Virus record (IMG/VR): IMGVR_UViG_3300008262_000055
Strand: one strand, 5' to 3'
From: a virus
Taxonomy: Duplodnaviria > Caudoviricetes
Length of the DNA: 64,000 nt
In this document: one piece after another, positions 39,338 to 48,312 of the stretch
Layout of the letters: each line of letters begins with the position of its first letter
How positions within the stretch are numbered: the stretch's first letter is position 1
Notes under the pieces: model-generated
What the model was told of the DNA's origin: nothing
Databases searched by the model: none
Seen by the model: only the letters and a program-made list of their open reading frames with translations
Program-made: the position numbers and the translations under genes

Positions 39338-40404
39338 GTTTATGTGAATATTGTTATAGACATGTGTTCGCTTACAAGTTTAAGCGAGATGGACAAATCT
39401 GGATGGGTAAAAAATGTCCAGAGCATGGATATAGCGAATATGTTATAGAACGAGATGCAGATTTTTATGAATCGTTAGAATTTGATCCCTATGGGTATGA
39501 TGTGCCTAGTGGCATTATGATTGAAGTAACTGATCGTTGTAATTTAAAATGTCCGCATTGTTATCACGAACCCGAAAATGCTACCACAGACAAACCGCTA
39601 GGTTTAGTCCTACAACAAATTGAAAGTTGGCCAGACGATGCTGGCAGTGTTATATTAGCAGGAGCAGAGCCTACACTACGTAAAGACCTACCCGAGTTAA
39701 TAAGAAATATTAAACACGTACAACAGCGTCTAGGAAGAACTCACCAAGATATTACAATATTAACTAATGGTGTTAAGCTCGCCGATAAGCAATGGACTGA
39801 AGAAATCGCCAAGGCTGGATGTCGTGCTGTGATGATAGGACTTAACCATCATTCGTACCAAGGCGATACTGTACACCAAAAACAATTACAAGGTATTGAG
39901 AATTGTAAGGCTGCTGGCATTGTTGTTTACTACGTAGGGTATACATTAGAAAATTTAGATCACATTCCAGAAGTACTAGAAGAAATACAAAAGCTAGGAG
40001 ATAGTGCCTTACAGTATCGTGTACGTGCTGGCAGCGACATTGGTCGCAACCCAGATGAGCCGCGTTATTATCTAAGTGACCACGTTAAGGCAATTAAAGC
40101 CTATGCCGATAGTAAAGGGTGGACTTGGGAAAAGATTCCTGCGGATGATAACTTGTATCATTATATGGTTAAGATTAACGGCATTGTACATAGACTAATA
40201 CAGTGGAGTGATCCCAAAACTATTGACATGGAAGAATTGCGTTGCGGACCGTGGTGCGATTTTGTACCAGGTAAACCTATTACAAACTTCCTACATCAGA
40301 TTATGCTACGAGATGCTGCTGTTAATAAGGGTATGTCTCTCTGGGACACAGTTCCAAAGCGATATCAATTCCGTAGCAGAGAACAGATGCGTCAAGATCC
40401 TTGA
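39322..40404 (+). CDS. Radical SAM protein, MJ0619/Tes-like N-terminus
   Basis: SLCEYC...KKCPEHG, then IEVTDRCNLKCPHCY and GAEPT. Confidence 0.8.
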   Translation: MADTLSLCEYCYRHVFAYKFKRDGQIWMGKKCPEHGYSEYVIERDADFYESLEFDPYGYDVPSGIMIEVTDRCNLKCPHCYHEPENATTDKPLGLVLQQIESWPDDAGSVILAGAEPTLRKDLPELIRNIKHVQQRLGRTHQDITILTNGVKLADKQWTEEIAKAGCRAVMIGLNHHSYQGDTVHQKQLQGIENCKAAGIVVYYVGYTLENLDHIPEVLEEIQKLGDSALQYRVRAGSDIGRNPDEPRYYLSDHVKAIKAYADSKGWTWEKIPADDNLYHYMVKINGIVHRLIQWSDPKTIDMEELRCGPWCDFVPGKPITNFLHQIMLRDAAVNKGMSLWDTVPKRYQFRSREQMRQDP

Positions 40405-41117
40405 TTTAGAAGTTTCTTGATATTGTGTAAATTTTTGTAAGTTAACACAGCATCGGACATAGAATTTACACTATCCAATATCTGTTGACACCATACGTCT
40501 TTTAACGGACAGACTTCAACCTTAACAAAAAATACACTAGTGTCTTGGTCAATGGACATTGTGGTCTGTGTTTCTACTCTAAAAAATAAATCATCAATAG
40601 ATTGCGGTGTCTTGTTTATTTTTCTATCAGGGTGATTACTAAGATCGCTATTATTAGTTATTGTCCATACCCATCTTTTCATACTAGCCTGCTGGCACAT
40701 AGTTTCTGCTATTTTAGGACTAGCCTTGATCAATGTTTCACCGTCAGCTACAGGTTTATGTATTTCACCTAACTCCATACCTAGTCTTTCATAAGGTATC
40801 CAACTGCTAGGGAAACAAAAACATATAGCTGATAATTTACCTTTATACATGATAGCAATATCTTCTTCTACCTGCATAGCTAGGTCAACTATATTAGATG
40901 ATGGTTCTAGTTCTAACTTTTCAGCAACAGTTCTTATTAAATTAGTTTCAGCACATTCTTTAGTATGTCCCCATAGGTCATTACCATAGGGTTGAACTAA
41001 CTCTTTAACCTTAGCTTTCATGTAAGCGGTGTTGGGTTCTTTATTGAACACAGGGCCTGTATTCTTTATCATATAAGGCCCTGTAGTATAAGGTGTTTTT
41101 ACAAAATCAATCAGCAT
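40392..41117 (-). CDS. DUF3445 / heme-dependent oxidative N-demethylase alpha-like
   Basis: QVEEDIAI...CFCFPSSW...IHKPV...RWVWTI...RVETQT. Confidence 0.8.
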   Translation of the reverse strand: MLIDFVKTPYTTGPYMIKNTGPVFNKEPNTAYMKAKVKELVQPYGNDLWGHTKECAETNLIRTVAEKLELEPSSNIVDLAMQVEEDIAIMYKGKLSAICFCFPSSWIPYERLGMELGEIHKPVADGETLIKASPKIAETMCQQASMKRWVWTITNNSDLSNHPDRKINKTPQSIDDLFFRVETQTTMSIDQDTSVFFVKVEVCPLKDVWCQQILDSVNSMSDAVLTYKNLHNIKKLLNQGS

Positions 41118-41466
41118 GTCTAGTAATATAATTCACTCGCATTTTTTTAGGTTGGAAGTATTCTTGTACTACCATCTTAGCAGTTTCGATATCAAAAGTC
41201 TTACAACTGAAAACGTCAAAATAAGCAGTTCCATCTAGTTCCATAAAGTGAGCACAAATGTTAGATGTTGTGATTAACTGCATTAGACTGTATCCTTGTT
41301 TAGGATCTCCTGGCAGCAGGTGTTCAATTATAGGTTCACCGTGTGCTGTCATATCTATTCTATTCACAAGATCAGTAATAAACTTATGTATGTTTTCGCG
41401 GCTTGAAATTTTGTCGATGTCACAGCCGCTACAGTCTAACATCAAATGATAACCCCAATAGCTCAT
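41107..41466 (-). CDS. speD: S-adenosylmethionine decarboxylase proenzyme
   Basis: GYHLMLDCSGC, LITTSNICAH (S pyruvoyl site), DVFSCK. Confidence 0.85.
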   Translation of the reverse strand: MSYWGYHLMLDCSGCDIDKISSRENIHKFITDLVNRIDMTAHGEPIIEHLLPGDPKQGYSLMQLITTSNICAHFMELDGTAYFDVFSCKTFDIETAKMVVQEYFQPKKMRVNYITRHAD

Positions 41467-42152
41467 GCTATCTCCTTTAGTATTAATTCTGCTAATTTTT
41501 TATGTGCTTCTTGATCATAATGTAGATAGGGTAGTTGTTTAAATTTTTTCTCTACACACCAGGTTAAGTATGATCCGTGACTTTCAAAATCAAACACATT
41601 GTCAGTGTCATTGAATTCGCTAGTAACTAACGGTAAGTGTAAAAAATCTGTAGCGTACATGGTACAGATATTATCAACAACAAACATTAAATCATTGAAA
41701 TTGTTATAAGGTCTTAGTATACTGTTTATAAACAAATCATTAATTGGATGTTTCATCCCTTCTCTTTTAATACGACCTTCCCACTGTAGACCAACTTGTA
41801 TAAAATTATCTTTATCGCGGCCTATAAAATTTCCTTCGTCGGGATAATAAAATTCTGTTCTATCTGTACAGGTATAACCAAACAAAACTAGACTATTTGG
41901 ATGCTCTTGTACAGCTTGAATTAGTAATCGTAAACTACGGGCATTGCTACCGCCACTCATGGCATAGTTATAACAAGGAACTCTTAACTTATCAGCTACA
42001 ATTTGTGGAAAAGCCAAACGTTTGCCAGGAGCGTCTGCTTCCTCGATAGTAACTTTACCACTGATATAATCAGCTAAAGGTACCTCATCTGACAACTCGC
42101 AACCAGCTACGTGACTGTCTCCAAACGCCAATACTGATTGAAAATGTTTCAT
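41463..42152 (-). CDS. SGNH/GDSL hydrolase-like
   Basis: FGDSHVAG, NYAMSGGSN, terminal H. Confidence 0.7.
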   Translation of the reverse strand: MKHFQSVLAFGDSHVAGCELSDEVPLADYISGKVTIEEADAPGKRLAFPQIVADKLRVPCYNYAMSGGSNARSLRLLIQAVQEHPNSLVLFGYTCTDRTEFYYPDEGNFIGRDKDNFIQVGLQWEGRIKREGMKHPINDLFINSILRPYNNFNDLMFVVDNICTMYATDFLHLPLVTSEFNDTDNVFDFESHGSYLTWCVEKKFKQLPYLHYDQEAHKKLAELILKEIA

Positions 42153-42180
42153 GGTATTTTCCTACGCTTAAATATATGCT

Positions 42181-43788
42181 ATGTTTAATGTGATATTATT
42201 TACCGATGCCCCTTACCCTCATCATAAGATTCGTGGCTATGGTGTACACAGAATAGCCAACCATATAAGAGAAAATGGATACACTTGTCTAGTAGTAGAC
42301 TTTAGTTCAGCATTGACATTTGATCAATATAAAGAAATAATAGACTTGGCTGTGGGACCAGATACATTAATGGTGGGTTTTAGTACCACATGGTTGCCTT
42401 ATCGTTGGCCCGAACTGCCTGGAGAGTTTACGAACCAAATCCCTGGACATTACATAGGTGACGATCTAGAAATGTCGCATGCCAAAGAAGAACAACACGA
42501 TTGGCGTAAAGAAAACCTTGTGGTAAAATTTGGAAAAAATGAAATTGATGAATGGTTATTATATCCAAAAACTATCAATCCAAAATTAAAAATTGTATTA
42601 GGGGGTGCCAAAGCAGACTTTTACATGGACCTACAAAACGTTGACCATGTAATATTTGGCATCGCAGAAACTATGACTATAGATCTATTGGATAGACTCA
42701 GTGGTAAATCTAAAAGAATATTTGGCAAGTATATAGATCATGATCGTAAGGCTCACGCACCTACATGGGATTTTCGTGAGTCAAAAACACAATATACAGA
42801 TTTTGATTTTATACAACCGCAGGAAACACTTAATTTAGAAATAGGGCGGGGGTGCCGATTTAAATGTGCTTTTTGTAATTTTCCTCTCATTGGACAAAAA
42901 AATGTCAACGATTATTTAAAGTATCCTTCTATTATACGTGACGAGTTATTAGAAAACTATGAACGTTGGGGTACTACAAAATATTTTATCGTTGATGATA
43001 CTTTTAATGATAGCACTGAAAAATTAGAAATGTTAACTAAGATTGTTAGTGACTTACCGTTTAAAATAAAGTTCTGGTGCTATACTAGAGTCGATTTATT
43101 AGCGGCCAATCCAGAACAAATAGTTTTACTAAAAGAATTAGGAATAGCAGAAGCATTCTTTGGTCTTGAAACATTCAACGATAAAAGTTCAAAGACTATC
43201 GGCAAGGGTATGCCTAGTAGTCGAAGAAAAGATACCTTATACAAAGCTAAAGAAATATGGGGTGATCGTGTATGGATAGAAGGCGGATTTATGATCGGCC
43301 TGCCTCATGAAACACAGGCTTCCTGGAGACAGACTGTTGATTGGTTAAAGAGTAAGGATTGTCCGTTGGATATTTCTACAGTATATCCTCTTAATATAGT
43401 TAAAAAATCTGATAGAAACAAATGGTTTCCTACTAGTTGGTTTGACGAAAACTACGAGCAGTTTGGATACGAATTTCCGCACCCGGGAATAGAAGGAATA
43501 CTGGCTTGGGAAAAAAATGATGGCACAGACATTACATCATTTCGACAAGCAGAACAAATGTCTTATGAAACTACTCAAGAGTTACTACCTTATCAAAAAA
43601 TAAGAAGGGGTGATTTTTACGTTAGTAGCTTTGATCATCCTGTGTTAAAAGATAGAGAAGAAACTTTAAATCTTACACAAGATCAATATCTCCAAAGAAT
43701 ACAGAATATAGATTTTGAAGATTTATTTTTTAACTCTGTACAGCAAGATTATTTTAAAAAACTAATAGATAAATTAAAAAATGTTTGA
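42181..43788 (+). CDS. Cobalamin-dependent (class B) radical SAM enzyme
   Basis: N-terminal B12-binding-like domain (G..RIA.H.R...VGFSTT...LGG); GRGCRFKCAFC; DDTFND. Confidence 0.85.
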   Translation: MFNVILFTDAPYPHHKIRGYGVHRIANHIRENGYTCLVVDFSSALTFDQYKEIIDLAVGPDTLMVGFSTTWLPYRWPELPGEFTNQIPGHYIGDDLEMSHAKEEQHDWRKENLVVKFGKNEIDEWLLYPKTINPKLKIVLGGAKADFYMDLQNVDHVIFGIAETMTIDLLDRLSGKSKRIFGKYIDHDRKAHAPTWDFRESKTQYTDFDFIQPQETLNLEIGRGCRFKCAFCNFPLIGQKNVNDYLKYPSIIRDELLENYERWGTTKYFIVDDTFNDSTEKLEMLTKIVSDLPFKIKFWCYTRVDLLAANPEQIVLLKELGIAEAFFGLETFNDKSSKTIGKGMPSSRRKDTLYKAKEIWGDRVWIEGGFMIGLPHETQASWRQTVDWLKSKDCPLDISTVYPLNIVKKSDRNKWFPTSWFDENYEQFGYEFPHPGIEGILAWEKNDGTDITSFRQAEQMSYETTQELLPYQKIRRGDFYVSSFDHPVLKDREETLNLTQDQYLQRIQNIDFEDLFFNSVQQDYFKKLIDKLKNV

Positions 43789-45400
43789 TGTAATTTTATT
43801 CACTGATACACCAGAATACGCTTCTAAGACCAGAGGATATGGATGTCACCGATTAGCCAGTCACTTACGTGAAAGAGGATATTCTTGCCTAGTTATAGAT
43901 TTTAGTTCAGCTCTTAACTACAAATATTATATAGAAATTTTAGACATGGCGATTGGAGAAAATACTTTAGCAATAGGATTTTCAACCACATGGTTACCTT
44001 ATAAACTTCCAGGTATGAGTGCTCAAGTAGTTGATCCTGGAAGATCATACATAGATGAAGGTGAAAGAATTTTTAGACACCAAGATCGAGATTCTTTAGT
44101 CCAATCATTTATTTTGAATAGGGCCGATCCGTGGTTAGAATTTATTAAAGCAAAAAATCCCAAGACAAAAATTATTTTAGGTGGAACTAAGGTAGACATG
44201 TATCTTGATCAACCGTATATCGATCATGTTATAATTGGCTACAGCGAAACTATGATGATCGATTTGTTAGATAGCTTATCAAAAAAGACTAGGAGAATTT
44301 TTAATAAAATTATTGATCATGATCAAAAAGCTAAAGATCCAGTTTGGGATTTTAGAGAAAGTAAGACACTGTATACAGATCTTGATTTTATTAAACCCAA
44401 TGAAACTCTTGCTCTTGAAATAGGACGTGGTTGTCGTTTTAAATGTACATTTTGTTCGTATCCTATGATAGGACAAAAAAACACAGTTGATTATTTAAAA
44501 CGTGAGGAAGTCTTAAAAGAAGAACTTATTGAAAATTATGAGAAATGGGGTGTAACACAGTATTACATCATTGACGATACATTTAATGATAGTCAAGAAA
44601 AATTAGATATGTTAAAACGTATTTTAGATTCTTTATCTTTTAAAATACAATTTTGGTGTTATCTTAGATTAGATTTATTAGCTACTCATTTAGATCATAT
44701 TCCGTTGTTGTTAGATCTAGGATTAGAACAGTGTTATATAGGAATAGAAACATTTCATCCTAAGGCATCGAAGACTATTGGTAAAGGCATGAGTGCTGAA
44801 CGAAGAAAAGAAACTTTATATAAATGTAAAGAAGTCTGGGGTGATAACGTTCATATTCAAGCAGGATTTATGATTGGTTTGCCACATGAACCAGCATCAT
44901 CGATTAAAGAAACAGCCGACTGGTTGAGAGCACCAGACTGTCCTATTGACGAGGCTTGGATGTTTCCCCTTAGTATAGCCGGCGATCATGAATCAACAAA
45001 ATATATGTATAAAAGTGATATGGATAAAAATTATCAAAATTACGGATACTATTTTAAAGATCCAAACTTATTTTGGGTGTGGAGTAAAGATGATGATACT
45101 GACATTCCAAATTTAGAAGCCGCAGATGCTATCGCTGCTAAAGTTAATTTAGATGATTCAAACAAGTTATGGAAGGGAGATTTTTACAAATCTACACTCG
45201 GCCATCCTATATTAGGAAATAGAAAACTAACAATGACAATGACTGACGACGAGTATAAAAATTTAGTAGGGTCAGTTGATAGATACGAATTATATATTAA
45301 AACTGTTACAGAAGATTATATAAAACCGTTAATACAAAAATTAAAATCTAAACAACGAAGTCGACGAATTATATCTCGTTATCAACAGTCAAAAAAATAG
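43781..45400 (+). CDS. Cobalamin-dependent (class B) radical SAM enzyme, tandem paralog
   Basis: Same architecture; GRGCRFKCTFC; DDTFND. Confidence 0.85.
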   Translation: MFDVILFTDTPEYASKTRGYGCHRLASHLRERGYSCLVIDFSSALNYKYYIEILDMAIGENTLAIGFSTTWLPYKLPGMSAQVVDPGRSYIDEGERIFRHQDRDSLVQSFILNRADPWLEFIKAKNPKTKIILGGTKVDMYLDQPYIDHVIIGYSETMMIDLLDSLSKKTRRIFNKIIDHDQKAKDPVWDFRESKTLYTDLDFIKPNETLALEIGRGCRFKCTFCSYPMIGQKNTVDYLKREEVLKEELIENYEKWGVTQYYIIDDTFNDSQEKLDMLKRILDSLSFKIQFWCYLRLDLLATHLDHIPLLLDLGLEQCYIGIETFHPKASKTIGKGMSAERRKETLYKCKEVWGDNVHIQAGFMIGLPHEPASSIKETADWLRAPDCPIDEAWMFPLSIAGDHESTKYMYKSDMDKNYQNYGYYFKDPNLFWVWSKDDDTDIPNLEAADAIAAKVNLDDSNKLWKGDFYKSTLGHPILGNRKLTMTMTDDEYKNLVGSVDRYELYIKTVTEDYIKPLIQKLKSKQRSRRIISRYQQSKK

Positions 45401-45421
45401 GGCACCGAAGTGCCCTATTTT
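45394..45421. terminator. Bidirectional intrinsic terminator
   Basis: AAAATAGGGCAC-CGAA-GTGCCCTATTTT between convergent genes; C(UUCG)G loop on the minus strand. Confidence 0.9.
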
Positions 45422-45424
45422 ATG

Positions 45425-46030
45425 CTACATAGTAGGACCGTTCCCGTTCCTAAAACCTACGCTGCCACCTTCTGCTTCGATACGCTTGATTACATCTTCG
45501 AATAAGATAGGAGCAAAGTCTGGAGTTTGTTCTACACAGACGCAGTGATATCTAGGATCAATTTCATCGCTGTATAAAACTTCACCTGTTCTAGCATCAA
45601 CACCACGGGCTTTCTTTACACGATTTGCGTGTAAGTGTCCGTGTATGTTAACACCAAAACGTCCTAAACTTTCTGCGTGTACAGGAATATGGCTCAATAT
45701 CATTCCGTTCATAACATGGTATGCTCGTAATTCTCTAAAGTACAACCTGTACTCATCATCACGGAAGATATCATGGTTACCACGGATCAATACTTTGTCC
45801 CCGTTTAAGCGACCCAATGTTGCCATAGCCTTACGGTTAATAACAACGTCACCTAAATGATAGACTTTGTCTGTGGGCTTGACTCTTTCGTTCCAAGCCT
45901 TGATCATAGCCTCGTCCATCTCCGCAGGATCGTCCCACGGCCTTAACTTTGTAACTCCATCACTTCTGGTAAAGCGGCATACGCCAGCGTGACCGAAGTG
46001 CGTATCGCTAACTAAAAATACGCTTGGCAT
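45425..46030 (-). CDS. Calcineurin-like metallophosphoesterase
   Basis: SDTHFGH, HLGD, GNHD, SH, HGHLH. Confidence 0.9.
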   Translation of the reverse strand: MPSVFLVSDTHFGHAGVCRFTRSDGVTKLRPWDDPAEMDEAMIKAWNERVKPTDKVYHLGDVVINRKAMATLGRLNGDKVLIRGNHDIFRDDEYRLYFRELRAYHVMNGMILSHIPVHAESLGRFGVNIHGHLHANRVKKARGVDARTGEVLYSDEIDPRYHCVCVEQTPDFAPILFEDVIKRIEAEGGSVGFRNGNGPTM

Positions 46031-46042
46031 AGTGCTCTCCTT

Positions 46043-46450
46043 TCATTCTATTGCTCTACGAAAAATTAATTCTTGCTTTGAAAAAGCTTCTACTTCCCAC
46101 GGCCTATTCAAATATTTGGTTCTGCGATTGTAACACTTGCCTTTCCAGTAGTTCACTCCGTTTACGGTTTTAAGCATACCCTTTGCCATCTGCTTAACAT
46201 GAACCATTTCGTGGGCTAGTGTTACTCCCATCCTTTCAAATGACTGCGGTTTGATCACAACCATTATACCATCAGCTACTGGAATATAACATGTTTGACC
46301 TTCGTTGTCATCTATGATATCTTTGTTGCTGACTCTAACAACTAAAACCTTGCGACTGTTTTTAAGTCTTAACTGAGAAATCATAGAAGGCAATATAACC
46401 TCTATAAATTTCTTAGTTCTTTTATTGCGAGCTTCAACAACAAATTCCAT
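46043..46450 (-). CDS. Putative zinc metallopeptidase-like protein
   Basis: LAHEMVHVKQ...PWEVEA; start moved to MEFVVE. Confidence 0.7.
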   Translation of the reverse strand: MEFVVEARNKRTKKFIEVILPSMISQLRLKNSRKVLVVRVSNKDIIDDNEGQTCYIPVADGIMVVIKPQSFERMGVTLAHEMVHVKQMAKGMLKTVNGVNYWKGKCYNRRTKYLNRPWEVEAFSKQELIFRRAIE

Positions 46451-46451
46451 G

Positions 46452-47015
46452 TTAGATGTCGCCTTCGCGTTCTCTATGTGCCCTACGCTCTGCGGCAAGA
46501 ACAAAAACTTTTTCGTTATCGTTGTTCCATTCTACAGTCTTAGGGAGAATGATCCCAAACTCGGTTGTTTGACCGTTAATAGTATGGGGCTCATTCTCAT
46601 CGTAGGTCCAACCCAAGGCCTTCATCATACGATGCTTAACCAGTAAGTTAGGACTACGGAAAGCTTCAGTATCACGGAAACCTAGCATAACACCTATCTC
46701 ACAAACAGCACCGCTACGGCAAACACCTGCGTGGCAATGAACAACAACGTTCATTCGATTTTCAAATGCGTGTTGTAGAAGTCGAACAAGCTCGTTGGCC
46801 TGGTCCTGGCTACACCGCATTGCTTCATCGAGAGCAAAGTCCTTTTCTTCAATATCCAAAAACTGAAACTGATGAACTTCTTTGAACTGATGCTTAGGAG
46901 TAGGAAAATCTCCAGGGGGATCACAGATTTGGATCAGCATGGAATTGATGCCCGCATCGATGTGAAAACCTTTTCGAATATCGCTGAGCGATACGTTTTG
47001 AATCCACGGGTTCAT
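46452..47015 (-). CDS. Cys-based (tyrosine/dual-specificity) phosphatase-like
   Basis: VHCHAGVCRS (CX5R) motif. Confidence 0.85.
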   Translation of the reverse strand: MNPWIQNVSLSDIRKGFHIDAGINSMLIQICDPPGDFPTPKHQFKEVHQFQFLDIEEKDFALDEAMRCSQDQANELVRLLQHAFENRMNVVVHCHAGVCRSGAVCEIGVMLGFRDTEAFRSPNLLVKHRMMKALGWTYDENEPHTINGQTTEFGIILPKTVEWNNDNEKVFVLAAERRAHREREGDI

Positions 47016-47024
47016 AAAACTCCT

Positions 47025-47243
47025 TTACAAACGATAAGTGATACGACCTTTGGTTAGATCGTAGGCACTGACTTCTAACTTTACACGATCGCCTAAAATA
47101 ATTTTAATCTTATGTTGCTTGAGTTTGCCACCTGTGTAGCAAGTGATGATATTGTTCATTTCATCAATTTTTACTCTATACATACTGCCAGGCAGAACTT
47201 CATCTACTGTGCCTGTTAATTCAATTAAATCATTTTTTGACAT
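47025..47243 (-). CDS. infA: Translation initiation factor IF-1
   Basis: 72 aa S1 fold: GTVDEVLPG...GK.K...[19 protein letters not shown]. Confidence 0.92.
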   Translation of the reverse strand: MSKNDLIELTGTVDEVLPGSMYRVKIDEMNNIITCYTGGKLKQHKIKIILGDRVKLEVSAYDLTKGRITYRL

Positions 47244-47454
47244 ATCTTCTTTTGTACCATGTATATTTTTCTCCGTTTGGTAGAATTCCGTTGCTTACAG
47301 AATCTGCTCCAAATGTTCCTACTATTACCATACCACCGCCATTTATGGTAACTGGTATGCCTAGTTCTGTTGCTCTAGCCAATGCTAGAGATAGATCTTT
47401 TACTTCTTCCTCACAGCCTCTACCCGCTGTGTCTTTCCATTCTACTTTGTACAT
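47230..47454 (-). CDS. Conserved hypothetical phage protein
   Basis: Start moved to MYKVEW, 7 nt after a TATAAT box. Confidence 0.7.
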   Translation of the reverse strand: MYKVEWKDTAGRGCEEEVKDLSLALARATELGIPVTINGGGMVIVGTFGADSVSNGILPNGEKYTWYKRRYVKK

Positions 47455-47461
47455 ACTTAAA

Positions 47462-47490
47462 ATTATAGCACCGTTTGGTGCTATTGTCAA
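47462..47490 (-). promoter_or_regulatory. sigma70-type promoter with overlapping palindrome
   Basis: TTGACA-17 nt-TATAAT; TAGCACC-4 nt-GGTGCTA within it. Confidence 0.8.
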
Positions 47491-48062
47491 TCTATATATT
47501 CAATATCGGCTGCTAATATAAAACGATATTTATTGCTTTGGACGATGCCTGGTCTATGCCATTTATCACTAGGATAAATTAACCAATTGGATTCTGTAGG
47601 GCGGACAAAATATTTTTCGTCGTGTGATATTCCAAATGGTGCCATCTCAGTACCTGCGTAGTCTCTGTCTTTGACATCTTCAGGAATATGTAGATACCAA
47701 ACGCCGCTCATCATCTTAGCATTAGGGTTTTGTGGATGCCAGTGATTGTGCCATAGCTTTTCACGATCTTCGGCACCCTCAAGATTTGTCATGAAACTCC
47801 AGGCCATCATGTTTGAAACTTTTACTTCTCGACCTAGATACATGAATACTGAAAACAGAAAACTCATCCTATACTTTAACCAAATAGGTTCAGGCCTAGC
47901 AAACAAGTTTTCTTTGGTTTGATACTTGGGACTATTAGTAAAGTAATCGCCATTAGCAATGATATTTCTAACTACATCGCAGGTCTGTATGTTGTCATCT
48001 TTAGATATAACAGAACTGAAATCGTATTTTCGAAATATATTGTTTTGATCAATTACTTTCAT
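47487..48062 (-). CDS. 2OG-Fe(II) oxygenase-like
   Basis: WHNHWH...SGVWYL...IYPS..WHRP...RFILAAD. Confidence 0.75.
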   Translation of the reverse strand: MKVIDQNNIFRKYDFSSVISKDDNIQTCDVVRNIIANGDYFTNSPKYQTKENLFARPEPIWLKYRMSFLFSVFMYLGREVKVSNMMAWSFMTNLEGAEDREKLWHNHWHPQNPNAKMMSGVWYLHIPEDVKDRDYAGTEMAPFGISHDEKYFVRPTESNWLIYPSDKWHRPGIVQSNKYRFILAADIEYID

Positions 48063-48065
48063 ATG

Positions 48066-48103
48066 AAAAACTCCTGCGTAAGTCTATAACTCATTGGCAG
48101 GAG
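48066..48103 (-). terminator. Terminator-like hairpin after tRNA-Gly that also covers the downstream RBS
   Basis: CTCCTGC/GCAGGAG stem, inner TGAGT/ACTTA stem, then TTTTT. Confidence 0.6.
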
Positions 48104-48111
48104 CCGTGTTA

Positions 48112-48185
48112 TGGAGCGGGGTAAGAGAATCGAACTCTCCGCTTTAGCTTGGAAGGCTAAGGTATTACCACTATACGAACCCCGC
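48112..48185 (-). tRNA. tRNA-Gly(TCC)
   Basis: Cloverleaf, loop CT-TCC-AA, encoded CCA. Confidence 0.95.
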
Positions 48186-48238
48186 ATTTAATACGTTACA
48201 CACTACTTATCCTATTATACACCGTGTGTAAGGGTGAC

Positions 48239-48312
48239 TGGTTGCGGGACCTGGAATCGAACCAGGGACTGGAGCTTATGAGACTCCTGAGATGCCGCTT
48301 CTCCATCCCGCG
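48239..48312 (-). tRNA. tRNA-Met(CAT), initiator-type
   Basis: C1:A72 mismatch, A11:U24, loop CT-CAT-AA, CCA. Confidence 0.9.

Noticed and set aside
16985-45400. Classical RiPP, NRPS or PKS cluster
   Set aside because: No precursor peptide, RRE, transporter or carrier-protein/synthase domain was recognised.
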